Assembly: GCA_010015585.1 (NCBI GenBank) | Contig: ML975155.1 | Reading direction: 5' to 3' (one strand) | Origin: Eremomyces bilateralis CBS 781.70 | Taxonomy: Eukaryota | DNA: 64,000 nt | Position numbers and translations under genes: made by a program | In this document: in pieces, positions 60,031 to 64,000 of the stretch | Numbering within the stretch: the first letter of the stretch is position 1 | How the letters are laid out: each line of letters opens with the position of its first letter | Notes under the pieces: generated by a model | What the model saw: only the letters and a program-made list of their open reading frames with translations | What the model was told of the DNA's origin: nothing | The model's database searches: none

Positions 60031-61654
60031 TTATACCTGCAATGGCTGCTGCAAAGCGGGTGGCGGAACCTGTAGTCCCGTTTGCTCATCTCGTTCCGGA
60101 TCATGCTCATGCTCACCCTCGCCACCTGCTACTCCCTGTTCTTCCCCTTCTTGGCCGGTACTAGTCCGCTCTTGCTCGGCGCCGATATGTGGATCGGGGA
60201 TTTGAATATCAATCTGCGGATATAAGTTAGCTCCCTACCATGATAATGCATTCGAATGAGAGGGGACGTACCGTCATATATGCTGATCTCCTTAACGGAA
60301 TAATCCTCACTCCTTCCCTCGCCCCCACCCTCTCATTCCAGTCCTCAATCCAATTCTCCAACTCCCGCAACCGCAACTTCACCTGGCTCAGTCCGAAGTC
60401 CTCCCACAGCCACCCCGTCGCGACGCCCATGAAGGCATCGACCCACGCCCGCGTACTCCAGGGACTGAACTCCTCAATCAACACGCCATTGATCTTCTTC
60501 ACGATGGCGCGGAACTCGTCTTCCGGGATCATCGGATCCAGCACTTCCGGATACAGGTTCGCAAACGTGGGCGCGAGGTCCCCAACGATCATCCAATCGC
60601 GCTTGATCCGGATGATGCGTGTTGTTTGGTAGAGAGGGGAGGAAATCGGGACGTGAGGGTTGAGGTGTGGGAAGCAGGGGTGAGATGGTCCCCAGGAGAA
60701 TTCATCTTGATCATGCTCGGGTTCCGGGTCGTCATTGCGTAGGAAATCGGGAATCGGGTGGGAATGTGATGAAGGGGGAAGGGAGGCGCGGGAAGAAGAA
60801 TTGCGTAGGTACGGCGCGGCCTCGGGGTCCAAGGAATTTAGAGTATGAGGAATCGGCGCCTCGGATTGGTATGTGGTAGCCATCGATAGTCCTGGAACAG
60901 TCTCCTCTGGTGACCGAATCGGCGGCTGGATTATTTGCGTTCTCGTCTCCACGTGTCCCTGCGGGAGGGTCTGTATTTGCGTTTGCGGTGGTCTTAGATG
61001 CCGCGATCGCTCTCCGTCATCCAACACTCCACTCCTGCGCCCGCTCGGTAGTCCCACGCTCGTCCGACTCCCACTTTCCCCACCCGTCGATCGTTCGACG
61101 ATCAGCGACCCAGGCAGCGAATGCCTGCTCCTCCGCTGTTCGTCGAGCGTCAGCAGCGGATACTCGTCGCGCGTCGCGGTCGGCGGCCGTTGGCGATGCT
61201 GCTGATTCGCGGCGGCGGGACCGTATTCCGCGGAATAGGAGGCGAGGGCCTGCGGGTGCGAGACGGGGACGTTGGGGATGGCGAGGGTGCGTGGGGAGGA
61301 GTTGACGGGGTTCCAGAGGCGCGCGGCGGGGAGGATGGGGATCTGAGTGGGCGAGGTGAAGCGGAAGATACGGTTCGTCAAGCTCCAGCGTGCTGGGGCG
61401 GCGGGTGGGAGAGAGGCATCCAATGCTGAGTTGGAGTAGGGGGTCTCCTGCGTTTGGTGGGGCGGCGTCTGGGGTGTCGCCGTTGGTGGTTCGATCGCGT
61501 CGTTACTGTGATACTGGGGGGAGGAGGAGAACGGACGGAATAGAGACGCCGTGATTGCGTTGAAGAAAGGATGAGAGAGAGGGGGTCGCAGTGAAAGGGC
61601 CAAAGAAGACCACAAATGAAGGGTGAGGTTGAAGATGCAGGAGGTCTTGCCCAA
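60031..61654 (-). CDS. ERF4: Palmitoyltransferase accessory subunit Erf4/Golgin A7 family; start codon uncertain
   Basis: WGPSHPCFPHLNPHVP, TRIIRIKRDW, PTFANLYPE and IPLRRSAYMT|IDIQIPDP across an intron near 60214-60271; stop at 60031. First in-frame ATG is 60883, but the frame is open to 61654. Confidence 0.8.
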
Positions 61655-64000
61655 TCAAGAGGGCTAGCGGTAGCGCCTGCAGTTGCTGTGTCCTGGACCG
61701 GGTGGATGCCTGAGGTTGAAAGGAATTGGATGCCTGAGAGGCTGACACTTGGAGCGGGAAGCCTGCGGTCGGTGCAAGCTGCGTTTTCGCACAACATCTG
61801 GCGATTTGGAAGGGTTTGCAAGTTAGTGGAACACTTCAAGACTCGAAGAGGCACGTAACGATGAGAAAAATGAGGATCCAGATAGAACAGAAGCGGCTTG
61901 GTCTGAGTTGGTCACACTGGGTTCATCACATCTCTGGGCTGATGCCCTGGCTAATAAGCTGGCTTTCAACGAGATCGGCTTCGTACGGGTGCTGAGTTGG
62001 TCACAACGCCTCCTGGTCGGTGCGATTCTATAGCGGAAGGATGACGGACGCTCTCGACTCCGATGGGGCTTTCGATCGATTTATCCAACGGGAGTGAGGG
62101 AGGACACGCACTCGGCAGTGGATGCTGAATACACCACTAACTAACGGTTATCGTTTATCTAAGTCACAGTCCGTTGGTGTTTTGGAAGAACCGTACTAGT
62201 GGGACGCGGATCTATTTGACTTCTACGGAGTACATTTATTCGGCTCTTGATTGATTGCAGCATTTTACATTTATGTGCCGAGCATCTTCCCCCTACTGGT
62301 ATACGGACCCAGCTTTCACCATTCGCGATCTGCAACGAGTGTCAACTAGCATCTTCCTATGGGCATCCTCCCCAAAGTTTCAGCGATGATCTTTCCGGTC
62401 GAGACTTCGTTTGACTCCTTGGAGTTTGGCTCAATTGAAGTCCATATTTCCCCGCGAATAGTCTCCTTGATGTGGACCGTGTACCGTGGAGTTAAACTGC
62501 CGATTCCATAATTACTTCCTCATTCATTCGGATTGTCGAACCTAGCGATTTGATTCTATGATTTCCACGTCTTTCCATCATCAGTCTATCAATGGTCAAC
62601 CAAACACGAAAGTGTCAGTCCTCATTCTGCCCTGTGAAACCCCTGGTGTGAATTGTGATGGTGTCGGACCATGTTCCCAGCACTCTGGCCGCGGACGGCC
62701 GGACCGCCCTGTTTTTTTCTGCTATGGGCAACGGTCCCCACGCTTGCAAACGCCACCGGGTCACCAGCGCCATGGGACGGAAACTCCATGACTTGCCAAA
62801 TCGGCATCAATCTGGGCGCCTTATGGGGGTGTCATTTAGGCGGCTGTCATTTATGCGACAAGGGCACATAGGAGAGGAACCGAGGCGAGGAGAGATCGAA
62901 TGGATTGTTGTCGTTAGAGATCTAGTATGACCACATCCAGTTGATGAACATGCAATTGGACGAGCAAGCGATGTCGGGAACTACGGTATTTTTCCGGGGA
63001 ATGAACATCTCCTGCCTGTCCTAACTCGTAGGCCTTGAAGTTCCCGAAGAGGAATTCCTGCTGGCCGATGAGCCAGGTTCCGATACTCCGGGCTAGTGAA
63101 AGGAATAATTCCTGGAAATGGACCAATATTTTCCGTATTGCCCCTTAATGATGGCTGATTATCCGGCATATGAGTTCGGGTTGAGTCTTTACTAACGATC
63201 TTGGCTGGGTTGCCTTGCAACGATTCCCCTGGTATAACCACTGTACTGGAGCGGGAACGAGTTTAATAGAACCCCAACGACAGCCGCGAGCTCTAGGACC
63301 TAGGTAGATGGGAGTTGGCGTTATCAGAGCCACGTCACTGATGTCACGTATGATGTATGATGTACTGATGTCAGTCACTCAGTACTCAAGCTAGACCAGG
63401 ACCCGTCATTCTCTATTTGTACTCCAGCATTCAAGCGAGCCGGCCTCCTCGGAGCATCTGCTTTTTAACCGTCCAAGGGTACAGGTAGCAACTGCATGTG
63501 CCTGTAATGGAGGACACGTCCCCTGTCAAGTCAAGCTCGATACTAATACGCCGGAATTCCCATCCCCATTCGTCCGTTGCTTGCCATCTCAATCGACATA
63601 ATGATTTTCATGTTTTGCTCTTCATTGTCCCATACAGTCTTCTTTCCATCTCTCCGCTGGTGCTGGTAAACCCCAAGAACCCTCCCCATCATGGGGCTTG
63701 TCTCCCCAAACAGCATTCTGCAACCGTAAAGGCTTCCCGTGACCGCTTTCGCTGGAGATCAACGTCTAGGTTGGCTGAAAAGTCTCCTTCATGCACCCGT
63801 TGGTGTCCTGTGATCGGTTAGACCCAGTCATGTAGAAATGGGAATTGCAATGCGTACCTTTGAATTGAGTCGACCAGTGAGCAGCAAAACCCATGCTCTG
63901 TAACAATATCCATGCAGTGCATAATACAAGCATCCCTAAAGCCGCAAAACATCCTCTTCCATCGTGACAAACCCATGTTCTCACTGGGATAATCGAACAA

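Noticed and set aside
61860..64000. Short ORFs at the right end of the window
   Set aside because: No recognisable coding signal; treated as intergenic

Overview
Eukaryotic DNA from a filamentous ascomycete (Pezizomycotina), shown by spliceosomal GT-AG introns with CTAAC/CTGAC branch sites, a Zn2Cys6 factor and an STE12-like factor. All product calls are from motif recognition by eye; no database searches were run. The window has two parts. (1) About 0.3-28.3 kb is an accessory-looking region with transposon debris. It carries a candidate aromatic-catabolism gene cluster: MFS transporter, PheA/TfdB-type FAD monooxygenase, VOC-fold extradiol-type (trihydroxytoluene-oxygenase-like) dioxygenase, short FAH-family hydrolase, lipocalin-like protein, acetoacetyl-CoA synthetase, Zn2Cys6 regulator and salicylate-hydroxylase-like monooxygenase. 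A maleylacetate-reductase-like Fe-ADH lies beyond a degenerate Myb/SANT gene. Five cluster promoters, serving six genes, share a CGGT-N3-CCG (CGG-N4-CCG) palindrome. The gene set suggests, by inference, a fungal meta-cleavage route for methyl-resorcinol/orsellinate-type phenolics ending in pyruvate + acetoacetate. A pogo/Fot1 element with RIP-like damage, a MITE and a Tc1 fragment sit in cluster intergenic regions. (2) About 29.4-64 kb is a housekeeping block: GPI-anchored protein, SNF2 helicase, GSH2, cdc4/MLC1, HNT2, GET4, FAF1, HIS6, STE12 (with an 8.2 kb gene-free upstream region), RAI1 and ERF4.
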